DNA from: Malacoraja senta
Lineage: Eukaryota
DNA length: 64,000 bases
Assembly (NCBI GenBank): GCA_038087875.1
Contig: CM075977.1
Location: 111,848,001-111,912,000, forward strand
Direction of reading: 5' to 3'
The position numbers were made by a program, and so were the translations under genes. This document shows positions 37,726 to 48,619 of this stretch, one piece after another. Numbering within the stretch: the stretch's first letter is position 1; every line of letters starts with the position of its first letter. The notes below the pieces were generated by a model. That model worked only from the letters and a program-made list of their open reading frames with translations, was not told where the DNA came from and did no database searches.

Positions 37726-38826
37726 TTCCCTGGCAAAACGACTAATGGGTGATGATCATATTGCGATTAATTTCCTGACACGCAGTTTGAGAGTTAAGAA
37801 AACACCATTCGAATGCCAGTCTGCGAGGGCGGAGGAGAACAAACTAATTAGGTTTCTTTAATGAAGAGCAGACCACATTGTTTAAACAGAACACGGTAAA
37901 TTAGACAGGAAGAAATACAGTTGCGACGCCATTTTACTTGGAAAGTATTTTTATCCTGGGTTGTCGAAATGGTGGGCGGACCAAAACAGAGGATGTCTAG
38001 TGAAACTGGAATAAGGGTAGAGCGATTCTCTCAAGGCCCTCGGGAAATATCGACGATCAACAATGCCATTGAATCTACATCAGCAAAAATGCTTTCTGGT
38101 CCATTGCTGACAATCAAACAACAGTGGCAGCATCATTTAACGGGACAACTCATCCCAACCACTAAACTTCAGAGGAAAGTAGGAGGGGCATTCACATCAG
38201 GCTCAGAAAGCAGAAATGTTTTCGCACTGGAGATTCGTGGTCTGAGAATTCAACAGGACACCATATATTCCTATCAATGGGCGAAAATCATTGGCGTGCT
38301 AATTCAACATGGAGGTCGTCAGCAGTATGACAACTGGGTTGGATTTTGTTTGGATTGTGATGGAATACACAAGGAATGCAAATTAAAAAATAAGCGTCGC
38401 GGACGTAAGGGAAATAGAGAAAGTATCCTTTTCGACGGAAAACGTTAATCCAACTTAGAGGCGCTTCTTGAATGTTTGATCACACAGGAATTTGGGTTTT
38501 GGTGTAACAGTTAAGTTCGACCGTAATCTGACTGACGAAAGGTACGGTTTATAAAATTATACTAATATCATGGTGTTACTAATTCTCCTGGATGCGGTCT
38601 TGCGCGTTATAAATTAACGTTGAAATGATGCTCGGTTTAGAGTGCATTATGCATTACGTTGTCGTCCAGCGTAATTGAACACCAATTGTAATATCCACTC
38701 TGACAATGACAATGGAGGTGCACCAGTAGTGGAAGCTAGTCACTTCTAGATGCCTGAAAATTTAGGTCGAAGCTTACGTCAATCAAAGCGGAAGCTTTGC
38801 TTCTCACTGACCATACAGCCATATCA

Positions 38827-39185
38827 GGGCCTGTCCCACGGGCGATTTTTCAGCGGACTGCCGGCGACTGTGAAGTTCGCTGAAAAAACGGCAACTGGAA
38901 CNNNNNNNNNNNNNNNNNNNNNNNNNNNNNNNNNNNNNNNNNNNNNNNNNNNNNNNNNNNNNNNNNNNNNNNNNNNNNNNNNNNNNNNNNNNNNNNNNNN
39001 NNNNNNNNNNNNNNNNNNNNNNNNNNNNNNNNNNNNNNNNNNNNNNNNNNNNNNNNNNNNNNNNNNCAAACTGAGGCCGCGACCAGTTCCCAGAATGCGG
39101 GAACTCCTCGCGACCATGAACGAGACTCACCAGAGACCACCAGCGTACACGTGGCGACAATGTGGCGACCATGTGGCTAGCGCAG
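38827..39185. mobile_element. Probable MITE (GGGCCTGTCCCAC terminus) spanning an assembly gap
   Basis: Starts abruptly where A/B homology ends; contains GCGAC-rich internal repeats; second terminus not seen. Confidence 0.4.
38902..39066. other. Assembly gap (165 N)
   Basis: Run of N. Confidence 1.
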
Positions 39186-39199
39186 AATCTTCCTCTTCC

Positions 39200-40350
39200 T
39201 CGTTGGAACAAAAAGTCCTGCAACTTCCGAATTATTCCCAGAACTTCCTGCCATTAATGTTCCACTGTTATCCCTGCTAGGATCCCTTTCTAGTCAACAT
39301 TCACCGGATCCTGCTTCATGCCTCTTTAGTCCATTTTGCTCAGCTGCAATACCGACACATCCGATTTCATCTTCTCCCTTTGAAATGCAGATTAAAACTG
39401 ATCATGGTCTGGTCGCTATCTCCTCGTGGTTCATTTACCTTGAGTTCCCTTTATCAACACCGGATCGTTGCTCAACACTAAATCCAGAATCATCTTTACC
39501 CTGGTAGGCTCTGCTACAAGCTGTTCGACGGATCCATCCCGGAGGCACTCATCAAATTCCCTTTCTTGGGTTCCAGTACCAACCTGATTTACCCAGTTTA
39601 CCTGCATAATGAAATCTCACATGACCTCTGCAGCATCGCCTTTCTTACTTGCCTATTGTATATCCTGGTGTAACTTGTATTCTATATCCTGGCTACTGTT
39701 TGGGGGCATGTAAATAATTCCCAGTATCGCATTTTTACCCGTAAAATCTCTCAGCTCTATCCACAATGACTACACCCTATGGTCTTATCAGCCCTCCCTA
39801 AGGACCGAATTTCATTCCTTGCCAACAGTGCTACCCCACTCCTCCGCCCATCTGTCTTTCTTTTCGATAGGATGTTTAACTTTGAACATACAACTCCCAG
39901 CTCCGATCGTCGCACATGGCTCAGGTAGCAATCCTGTGATTATTACCTTCTTGGTTCTGCTTTTCAATTTTGTACGTTGCTCTTCATATTCCTTCAGCAG
40001 AAACTTTTTTCTCGTTCTACCTACGTCATTGAGACCCACATGGACCACGACGACGGGATCTTTCCCCTCCCCCTCCACGTTGCTCTACCGGTCAGACGAG
40101 ATGTCCTGAACCCGGTAACTAGGCAGGCAACACAGCCTTCCGGACTCTCAAACCTCTCGACAGAAAACAGTGTCAACGCCCCGAACAATACTATCCCCAA
40201 TGACAACAACGTTTTCCTTCCCTGCTCTCTCTCGAATGCCCCTCTGATCCACGGTGCCCTGGGTCAGGTTGCTCATCCTTCATCCGGTCTAACTCAGTCC
40301 TCCCCTGCCTGCTTCATTACCAGTCGCGCCCTCCACGTCACTCCATTAAT
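39200..40350 (-). mobile_element. CR1 5' half: ORF1 SGNH/esterase domain and start of the endonuclease
   Basis: EGKDPVVVVHVGLNDVGR..VIITGLLPEP is the SGNH-type motif typical of CR1 ORF1; an endonuclease-like stretch lies at 39.5-39.6 kb. Confidence 0.75.
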
Positions 40351-40624
40351 TAACCAATTAATTAATTAATTAATCAGTCAGCTAGGTAGTTAATTCATTG
40401 ATTAATTGATTGATTGATTATTTACTTCATTATTTGATTCATTGATTACTTAATTCATTCATTCATTCATCGTTATCTTATTACGCCGATTAACAACTTA
40501 CTTGACAATAATCTCGCGATCTTGCTTTCTCTTTTTCTGCAATAATTCCTACCGCACCGACGTTCTTTACAGCTCTCTCTTTGTACTGTAGCGCCGTGTG
40601 TGTCTCTGCCCGACCACATCGACG

Positions 40625-40663
40625 GTTTTGAATGGCTTTCTACCTTTGTATGACTGTACTGTG
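40625..40663 (-). other. 23-bp-spacer RSS of the supporting V-delta
   Basis: Heptamer CACAGTA (6/7), 23 nt, then ATTCAAAAC (5/9; 6/9 as TTCAAAACC at spacer 24), directly after ..FCAIRS. Confidence 0.7.
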
Positions 40664-40963
40664 CGTGACCTAATTGCACAGAATAACACAGCCGCGTCGC
40701 CAAGCTGTAAATTGGTGATCGTTAACCGGCTGCTATTTGGGTCACGATCAAGAGAAGCGAATATTCTTTCTCCAGCAGAGTGTTTCTGACCCTGCTCTCC
40801 TAAACTGTGTCTCTGGAGCTGGAATTTTGGAGCCTATGCTGGGAACTGCCGGTACCAATATATTGTGAACGGACAGAACCCAGAATATGCGCATTCTAGA
40901 GTAACGGTGCTGCCAGCAGGAAAAGACTGTAGAGGCGGACTCGTGTCAACTGGGAACTAAAAG
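40664..40963 (-). pseudogene. Leaderless TCR-delta V exon (NAR-TCR supporting V), pseudogenised
   Basis: Acceptor CTGCAG; LT(Q)SPPLQSFPAGSTVTLECAYSGFCPFTIYWYRQFPA*APKFQL..RLTITNLQLGDAAVLFCAIR. 1-bp deletion near 40943 and TAG at 40836-40834. Extra Cys in CDR1. No leader exon recognised in the upstream intron. Confidence 0.85.
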
Positions 40964-42323
40964 CTGCAGGTGGCAGGGAAAAAATCGTTATTCCGTTACT
41001 ATTCATTGGTGGAGACATTTGTGCACTCGATTTCAGCTATGCACCGGTTTGAGAAACTTTTAACGTGCGCAAACTTTATTTATTAACCTTGTTAATTATT
41101 CAAACCATGTGCAGCGATGGGACATCACTGATCATTAAATAGTAACCATGGATTATCATGGCTAAGTCTACGAAAATGAACTGGGGGCACACATAAAAAT
41201 TGTGGAGCACATTCAGAGAGCCTGCATCCAGATCATGCGCGAGATTAAAAATAAATGAAAATTCTATCATTTATTGTCGTTTCCCGAAGGACACATCGTG
41301 TAAGAATTGGATATGTTTTGCTCGCATAGAATGCAACTTACAAAGATTTACCACGTCTCGGTTATGAGCCAGTGAATTGGAATATACACCAGAGTGAACT
41401 GAGACTATACAACGCAGAATGAGCCAAGCCGTCACTGAATATTTCTGGGAAAAGTGCTATTCTTTAACAGCATTTAAAACACCCGGGATAAAACCTCTCC
41501 CACCTTATTACAAATGTTTCAACCTTCGGTGGGATGCATCTTTCTTTGTTTCACTTTCATTTCAACGTTACAGCACATTTTGTCAGATCTGGGTATCTCG
41601 CTTTAATCACTTGCGACTCGTGATTAACATCGTGTGATATTTTCCCACAATCTGCATGTAGTCGGTTTGATTCAGTCTGTGCAGTTTTCGCACGGGGTTT
41701 TAGACGTAATGATCAACATTCTTCAAGTCAAGCGCCATCTAGCAGTTCGGAATTATAACGAGATTACTTCACCGTCCCCGAACAGAGAGAGTGCGTAAAC
41801 CCATCGTACGCGTCACACCCTAATGGAAAACCTCTTACAAAAGCAATCTAATTGCGCTGTGAACAGGTTCAACATCGGTATTGCTTCCTTTCGCCTCTTC
41901 CTTGTCTGCCGGGAAATTCAGATACACCGCCCCCCCCCCCCCACCCACCGCCCTCCTTTCTGCTAATTGAACATTGCAATACTCTTCTCAGTCTTCACAA
42001 AATCGCTGTTGTAACCATATTTGGGGGGGGGGGGGGTTGTGCATCAAGGCCAGCATTTATCGTTCTATGTCATCGTTTATATAATTTATGTCATCGTTAT
42101 ATCTTGCTTGCTGCCGGAGTGTGCCGTAATCCTTTCTCCAACTCACAACCAGATGTGTGTTCACTGTAAACGCACACGCGGGATCATTTTTATCGGAAAC
42201 CCTTATAGAAAACCGCCCTGTTGCACATTGATTAAATTACTGTCACCTTGTTTCCAGTGTTATATGTTCCTGAACATTTCCAAATACAGCTAGGGGTAAC
42301 ACCCGAAGTTTTCGAATGCTTAC

Positions 42324-42389
42324 CGACTGTGACAGTCACTGCGGACCCAGTTCCATCCTTATAATAAGTCCGCCACGGAATTATGGATC
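42324..42389 (-). other. J gene segment (NAR-TCR/IgNAR-like)
   Basis: SIIPWRTYYKDGTGSAVTVTV with GxG and VTV motifs, a phase-1 donor G|GTAAGC, and an upstream RSS. Confidence 0.85.
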
Positions 42390-42428
42390 CACAGTGACCT
42401 GACGCTAGGGCTCCTCAGTACAAGAAAG
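42390..42428 (-). other. 23-bp-spacer RSS of J
   Basis: Read on plus: perfect CACAGTG (42390-42396), exactly 23 nt, then ACAAGAAAG (6/9). Confidence 0.85.
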
Positions 42429-42799
42429 TCCCTCGCCTAAATCTGCCCGGCAGTCATGACCAGAGGCTGTGTAATCCCTCCAGGGGTTTCAGAACGACAA
42501 CCAAATGTTCCATGTTCCACCATCCCAGGATGATCGATCTGTTCCATTTAAGAGACGAACCCCCCAGTAATGCATTCTCTGTACCTGGGGCAGCGGTCGT
42601 TTCGTAAATCGATGGAGTAAATGTCAAGTAAAAATAACAATAACCTCCCGATTGCAATGGAATTCAGCTCGATTCTAGCGTCACAAAGAATTGTTACATT
42701 TTGTTGCTGCACCCTGTGAATAGATGTTTTAATTGCCCGAAGATTAGGTTCCATTCTCTACTATTGTGATCTCCATAACTCTTTGTCGACGCCATTTGT

Positions 42800-43070
42800 A
42801 CTCAGCTTGACAGTAATAGGTGGCGTTGTCCTCAGCTCCCAGTTCTCGAATTTCCAGCGTGAACGGCATTTCCGCTTCATTAATCGATGTACTGAATCGG
42901 GGCCCGTTGGTGATCCGCTCCCGCCCTGGTTCGGATTGTATGAAGAAACGTCCAGTGTGAAATGTATATTCACCCCATGAACCAGGTTGGAAACGGCATT
43001 TGATGGCGAGTGACTGGCACCTCCCTCGTCGACGCTGAGGGGCTCTGCGTCAGTGTCTGATCAAAGGAGC
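42800..43070 (-). pseudogene. VNAR-like / NAR-TCR V exon with a 1-bp insertion
   Basis: Removing one base (~43019) gives SFDQTLTQSPSASTREGQSLAIKCRFQPGSWGEYTFHTGRFFIQSEPGRERITNGPRFSTSINEAEMPFTLEIRELGAEDNATYYCQAE. Cys-to-Cys distance 62 aa (short, CDR2-less); canonical Trp replaced by Phe. 3' boundary uncertain. Confidence 0.85.
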
Positions 43071-43200
43071 CTGCAGATGAAGCACAGGGAGAGGTAAATG
43101 TGCATCAAAAACGAACCACGTCTCGAGGGAGAAACAAGCAAAATTTTGAAAATCGGGAAGTATGAGATTATTTTTATATTAAACTGCGAACTGTACTCAC

Positions 43201-43243
43201 AATGTAAGCAGAGCCACATGATGAAAACCGGTGGGATTCGCAT
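43201..43243 (-). CDS. Leader (signal peptide) exon of the NAR-TCR-like V
   Basis: MRIPPVFIMWLCLH, phase-1 donor T|GTGAGT, 130-bp intron to the V acceptor. Confidence 0.8.
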
Positions 43244-43489
43244 CGGTCTGTCTCCGGAGGAGCTCACTTGGGTGACGGGAATTTTCGGCCGGCAGCCGTG
43301 AACAGCTCCGCTGACCTGCCACAACGTTAGCTTGCAAAGCCTCAGGGAGTCGGGTTGGGTTCCATTGGTTTGCGTTCCGTAAATTAATGAAGAGACGCAG
43401 TTTCCGGTCCTCTGCTTTGTATGGTGTGAGCAAACATTAGGTATAAACTGGGGTGGTCGATCGTTCTGATTTTACCGCATAGAGAATTG

Positions 43490-44380
43490 GTTGGCCGACA
43501 GGAAACAAAGAGTGGGAATAAACGGGTCCCTGTCAGAATGGCAGGCAGTGGCGAGTGTAGTGCCGCAAGGCTCGCTGCTCTGGCCGCAACTATTTACAAT
43601 ACATATTAATGATTTAGATGATTGGATTAAAAGTAACACTAGCAAATTTGCAGATTATACAAACCTGGATGGCAGTGTGAACTGCGAAGAGGATGCTCCG
43701 ATGAGTCGGATGTTGCAGGGTGACTTGGACAGGTTGAGTGAGTGGGCAGATGCATGGCAGTTGCCGTATAATGCAGATAAATGTGAGGTTATCCACTTTG
43801 GCGGCAAGAACAAGGAGGCAGATTATTATCTCAATGATGTGAGATTAGGGAAAAGGGAAGAGCAAATAGTGCTGTGTGTCCTTGTACATCAGTCACTGAA
43901 AGTAAACATGCAGGTACAGCAGGTAGTGAAGAAAGCTAATGGTATGTTGGCCTTCATAAAAAGAGGATTTGAGTAAAGGAGTAAAGAGATCCTTCTGCAG
44001 TTGTACCAGGCCCTGGTGAGACCACATCTGGAGTATTGTGTGCCGTTTTTGTATCCTAATTTGTGGAAGGACATCCTTGCTATTGAGGCAGTGCATCGTA
44101 GGTTCACGAGGTTAATCCCCGGAGAGTTGTGAATTTGTAGAATTCACCCAGAGAGTTGTGAATTTGTGGAATTCTCTACCTCAGAAGGCAATGGATGCCA
44201 ATTCACTGGATGCATTTAAAAGATAATTAGATGGAGCTCTTGGGACTAGCGGAATCAAGGGGTGTGGGGAGAATGCAGGCAGGGGTTACTGATTGTGAAT
44301 GATCAGCCATGATCACAATGAATGGCGGTGCTGTCTCGAAGGGGCGACGGGGCCTCCTGCTGCACCTATTTCCTATGTTT
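43490..44380 (+). mobile_element. CR1 LINE RT and 3' end
   Basis: VPQGSLL.PQLFTIHINDLD..SKFADYT; ends in the CR1 3' tail. Confidence 0.85.
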
Positions 44381-45499
44381 TATGTTTTACTTCGTGTCTA
44401 TAAACCCCACAAAAATGTTTAACCCACATTCCTCTGAGGTCGGGTGGGTAGGGAAGATCTTCTGGCAGGAGCCGCTGCCGAACTCTCATTGGCTTCTCAT
44501 TAATCACTCACTCATGGGAACTGGAGCTAACTTCGTTTCTACAAATTTGCTTTCTCTGTTACAGTTTCCTTCTTTACCCACAAATCAGACAGCTTCACAA
44601 AGAACGCGTCATCAGGTCAGCTTTGCGCACTTCGATTGGTGATATTCCCTCTGCCATCCCATCTCTTCAGCTCTCCCTCTCTGTGAAAATTAAATCGCAC
44701 TTTTGTTTTTACTTTTTCTGTTCTGATCAAGAACATGGCCATTAAATGTTAACTGTTTCTGATTCCACCGATGATTCCAGACCGGCGAAGGGAATCTATG
44801 TGTTTTATGGAGATTTGTATTTACTTCCAGTGTACAATAGAGGCTATGTTTCTATATTTCTAAATTCTATATTTCAAGAAAAATGTAAGGTGCGTCTACA
44901 TATATCCGAGTGCTTCTCCTTTAACAATAGAGACAATGTACGAGCCACATAATCATTCAGACACTGATGGATATTTAAAATATTTAATATCTTTCTTTCT
45001 ATCTCTTTCCGTTTTGGGCCGATGTTTTTTTATACGTTTTGGCACGCATTACGTTACAAAAAGGCAAATACAGTTGGGTGCTAATGAGATTCGGAAGTTT
45101 AGATAATACGGAAATGTGGAGAGTCATAGATAGCGAGACGTAAGCTTTTAGAAATCAGCTTGAATGTTTAGACGAGCGGTGGCAGATGAAAGCAAATGGA
45201 GGGAAATGTGAGCCAATGTACTTTCGAAGGACAGGTTCCCGGGTGTGGAAGGAAATACATTCAGACACGAAACGTCCAATGTGAAAAGTTGAGCAATATA
45301 AACTGAATGAAACTTCCCCCATTCACAAAGACACAGACATAGCGAAAGAGAAATGAAAATATGCCAACAGGCACGACGATAACGTATCATTCCGAAACCT
45401 GTGTCAGTCCAGGAGAATTTATTACGGAATATATCCAGGTTCAGAGTGAAGCAAGGACATCTCTTCGTTCATCGGCCCGGACCTACCTGATCTCCTGTT

Positions 45500-45925
45500 T
45501 GCTAAACACTTTAATTTCTCTTTCCATTCCCACGCTGTGTGAGGAACAGCATCACATATTTCGCTCGGGCAGCTTACAACTCAGAGGTATGAACTTTTAT
45601 TTCTCTAACTTCAAACCCTCCATTCCCTCTCTCTCCACACCTCCCCAACCCAAGTCACACCAGCTTTTCGTTCTCACTGAGCAAACAGCTAACCATGGCC
45701 TGTTTCCTTTATTATTAGTTTTGCATATCTTTCGTGCATCTGTTATACATCTCTGTACATTATAGTCTATATCTCTCGTTTCCATTTTCCGTGACTTTCC
45801 GTCTGAAGTAGTCTCACGACCCATTCCTGCTCTCCAGAGATGCTCCCTGTCCCGCTGAGTTACTCCAGCATTTTGTGTCTATCTTCGATTTAAACCAGCA
45901 TCTGCAGATCTTCCCAACACATATC
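45500..45925 (+). mobile_element. Penelope 3' end and terminal repeat fragment
   Basis: gaggaacagcatcacatatttcgctcggg and cccgctgagttactccagcattttgtgtc are shared with the other Penelope copies. Confidence 0.55.
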
Positions 45926-47229
45926 TTTGTTAAACTGGTCAGCGACACAATCAATGCCTGGATGTGTATATGCTTGCGCCCATGAACGTGTGTGTGTCCC
46001 CACGTCTGCGCGGGAAGTAAATGCTGTGATTTGCACGATGTCTAAAGAGGATGAAACAGAGAGAGAGCTGGCGTTGCATCAAACAAGACTTGGCCTGGCC
46101 AGCAGCAGCTGAGAGTCTCACCCGTGAATGCAGGGGCTTGATAAAATAGTTGTAACTTCTGGACTGGTGAAAGCATTCATGTTCATAATTACAGAAGCAG
46201 AATTAGGCTATTCGGCCCATCTGTTCAGCTTACATTTGACCTCATTGCAACGGTCTCGTCACTAATTATATTACTCCTACGCGGATAAACACTGATTAAA
46301 CATTGTTCATCTAAAACTATATTCCATAGCTATAACACAAGTGACTTCACATTACAGTGGACCATACATTATCAGGTCCGACCATTCCCTGATATTACAT
46401 TCAACGCCAAAAGTCATTGCTCAGCACACAGTGGGAAATATAGCATAAGGCCACTTCAGTGCTCATGTCACGTTAGACGAGTTACAATCACAAGTTATAT
46501 CCCACTTGTATTACCAGGCTAAGTCACGGCTCATAATACACTTGATGCTTTCATACGAATCCATGTCACTGTTCGTGTTACAGTTGACCTTATAATTCCA
46601 ATAGCAGGCACAGTCGTACTTCATGTTACACCGATTCCCATCAGACCCGGAGAATTCACTATTAATATTACAACATATCTACCTACTGTTCAAATTGCAT
46701 TAGGCCCTATTACAACGAGCCCTGACATCATTTCAACAACACCATGCCGATTTGCTGTCCATTGGAATTAAAATACAAAATATTTGTGTTATAACTCCAG
46801 GATTAGCGCTCAAATAAGAAAACCAAGCCCAGAGCCAAAGTATTATCTTACGATCTAACTGAATATATCAACAAATGCTCTGGACTATAAATAACTCGAT
46901 TTGAAAAAACACAAAAAACAGCTACCTACATGTTAACTATCTCTTAACAAAAACTAGTCATATCGATGCAAGTATATTATTAAGGTTAACAAGTGGGCAC
47001 CTCCCTTCACTGGTGTTTCGTTTCAATAGGCCCATGACACTGAGAGTAGGCTCAACATTAGGTTCTGGCTTCCCGTAACAACACTCCTCAATACCTGCTC
47101 TCACCACCTATGCTACCAGTATCTACCAGTATCTACCAGTATCTACTAAATAAATGAACCAACAGCCAAACTGCTCACTCTAACAAATGCTAAGCACCTG
47201 CCTCCTTTATTCCACTAATCCTAGCCCAT

Positions 47230-48600
47230 CATTAAACATGTAACACCACAAATATCACTCTTGTATAAGGCCGGGATACACGTACAAATACGTCAATTAC
47301 AAAGAAATATTGCATGTCATACGTTTTCTTTCTGTCCACAACTGACACTATTTCTTCTCCACCAAATCCACCTACTGCGGCCTCTGACGTCTGTTTTACG
47401 GCCTGACGCAAACTTAGTCTGCGAATCCCTTGCTCTCCAAATAGCGACGTGGTCGATTTCGTTGTGAAACTTCTGCAATCTACCTCTACCGGACGCACTC
47501 TTGCTCGATCCTCGCTGCGCAAGCTTAGCTGCCAAGTCTACATATCTAAACGTTTTCCTTTCATAAGCATCATCCACTAAGTTTTCCCAAGGCACCATGA
47601 GATCTATAAAATACATTATCGTCTGACTAACTGACCATAACATTATATCATGCCTCAAACTAGTAATAATTTTTCCTGCGGAACAACAAGCCTACCTCCC
47701 AAATCCGCGGGCATCTTCCATTCATTGGCTCCTCGTAACTGACCTGAGTCATACCTGTCTGAAAACTTCCCTCCTCTACCTTTCGCTCCCTCACGGACAA
47801 AATGAATCGCTAACATCTCAGTCTTGATGCGTACTGAATTCACGTGCTCTCCTCCTCTCAATTGTTGCAGCTATGCACTTGAAGACGTGGTTATGCCGCC
47901 AAGTATATCGACCCTGAGAAAAAATAGTTCCACATCCTAACAAAACATGCCTCAACGCCACGTCTGATCGCAAGGGACACGCCGAGTCCCCACCTACCGA
48001 TTGCTTGAGGTTCTGCGGTAATGGCGGCACCCCATAAATATGTGCTGCCATCTATGAGGAAACTTACATGACCGTTCTTCATGCACCACAGACCTTCCAG
48101 CTAAACCTCCTCTTTTGCTACACTTTCCCCGTTCATCCACTGTCCCTGCTTAACCTCAGCTATTGCCTTTTTCATCTCACTGATTCCTTCTGACGACATA
48201 CCTCCTCCACAACCAATTTCTTCCTCACTGTTGGACCTGCCTTTCTCCACATTGGTTTCACTGTGTTGAGTCATAAGCCTCCCGTCCCTTGCTGCACCCT
48301 GCCAACAATGTGTGTAAGCCCCAGAGCTGCTTGTGCTTCTTCTATTGCCTGCTTTGAGTTCCAATTCCTCCCTCTGGTTATACGTGGCACCACATTACTA
48401 ACGAAGGTACCCTTGCTCCCTGATAATTACAACTCTAGCCTCACCTTAGCACACTTAAACTCCTCTGTTATGATAGACAATGGCAAATGGAGAATACCTT
48501 TCCCATATAAATCCATATTACTCAGACACCGAGGAATAATTTTTCCTGCGGAACAACAAGCTTTCCTCCCAAATCCGCGGGAATAGTGCCATAACTGTTC
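47230..48600 (-). mobile_element. R2/Hero-clade non-LTR element 3' part (zinc knuckle and restriction-like endonuclease)
   Basis: SQGRYTWRHNHVF, DLMVPWENLVDDAYERKTFRY and RPVEVDCRSF are characteristic of Hero-type RLE domains. Confidence 0.75.
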
Positions 48601-48619
48601 ATAACTGTTTTCAAACTGA

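Larger units (their letters stand above)
30570..38796 (+). repeat. Segmental duplication copy B (paralogous to 315-22462)
   Basis: Collinear with copy A but lacks the L1 pair, the TIR element and the intronic Rex1 tail; homology ends at caatcaaagcggaagct, ~38796. Confidence 0.9.

Noticed and set aside
37921-38448. 175-aa ORF in duplication copy B
   Set aside because: No ATG (TTG start), no recognisable domain, and the homologous sequence in the four array units is broken by stops and indels.
40833-40960. ZNF143/Staf-like (ATGCTGGGAACTG) and NRF1-like (ATGCGCAT) motifs suggesting a promoter
   Set aside because: They are the reverse complement of V-delta coding sequence (YRQFPA*, ECAY), so coding explains them.
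41340-41450. Possible extra exon in the J-to-V-delta intron (TTTTCCCAG acceptor)
   Set aside because: The phase-1 frame stops after about 27 codons and shows no Ig or leader features.
42444-42510. D-like GAGGGATTA followed by CACAGCC with an upstream GGTTGTCGT nonamer-like motif
   Set aside because: The 5' heptamer and 3' nonamer do not match at a 12-nt spacing, and the site almost abuts the J RSS.
46427-46433. Isolated CACAGTG heptamer (also at 871, and CACTGTG at 50838)
   Set aside because: No nonamer at 12 or 23 nt and no adjacent V, D or J coding sequence.
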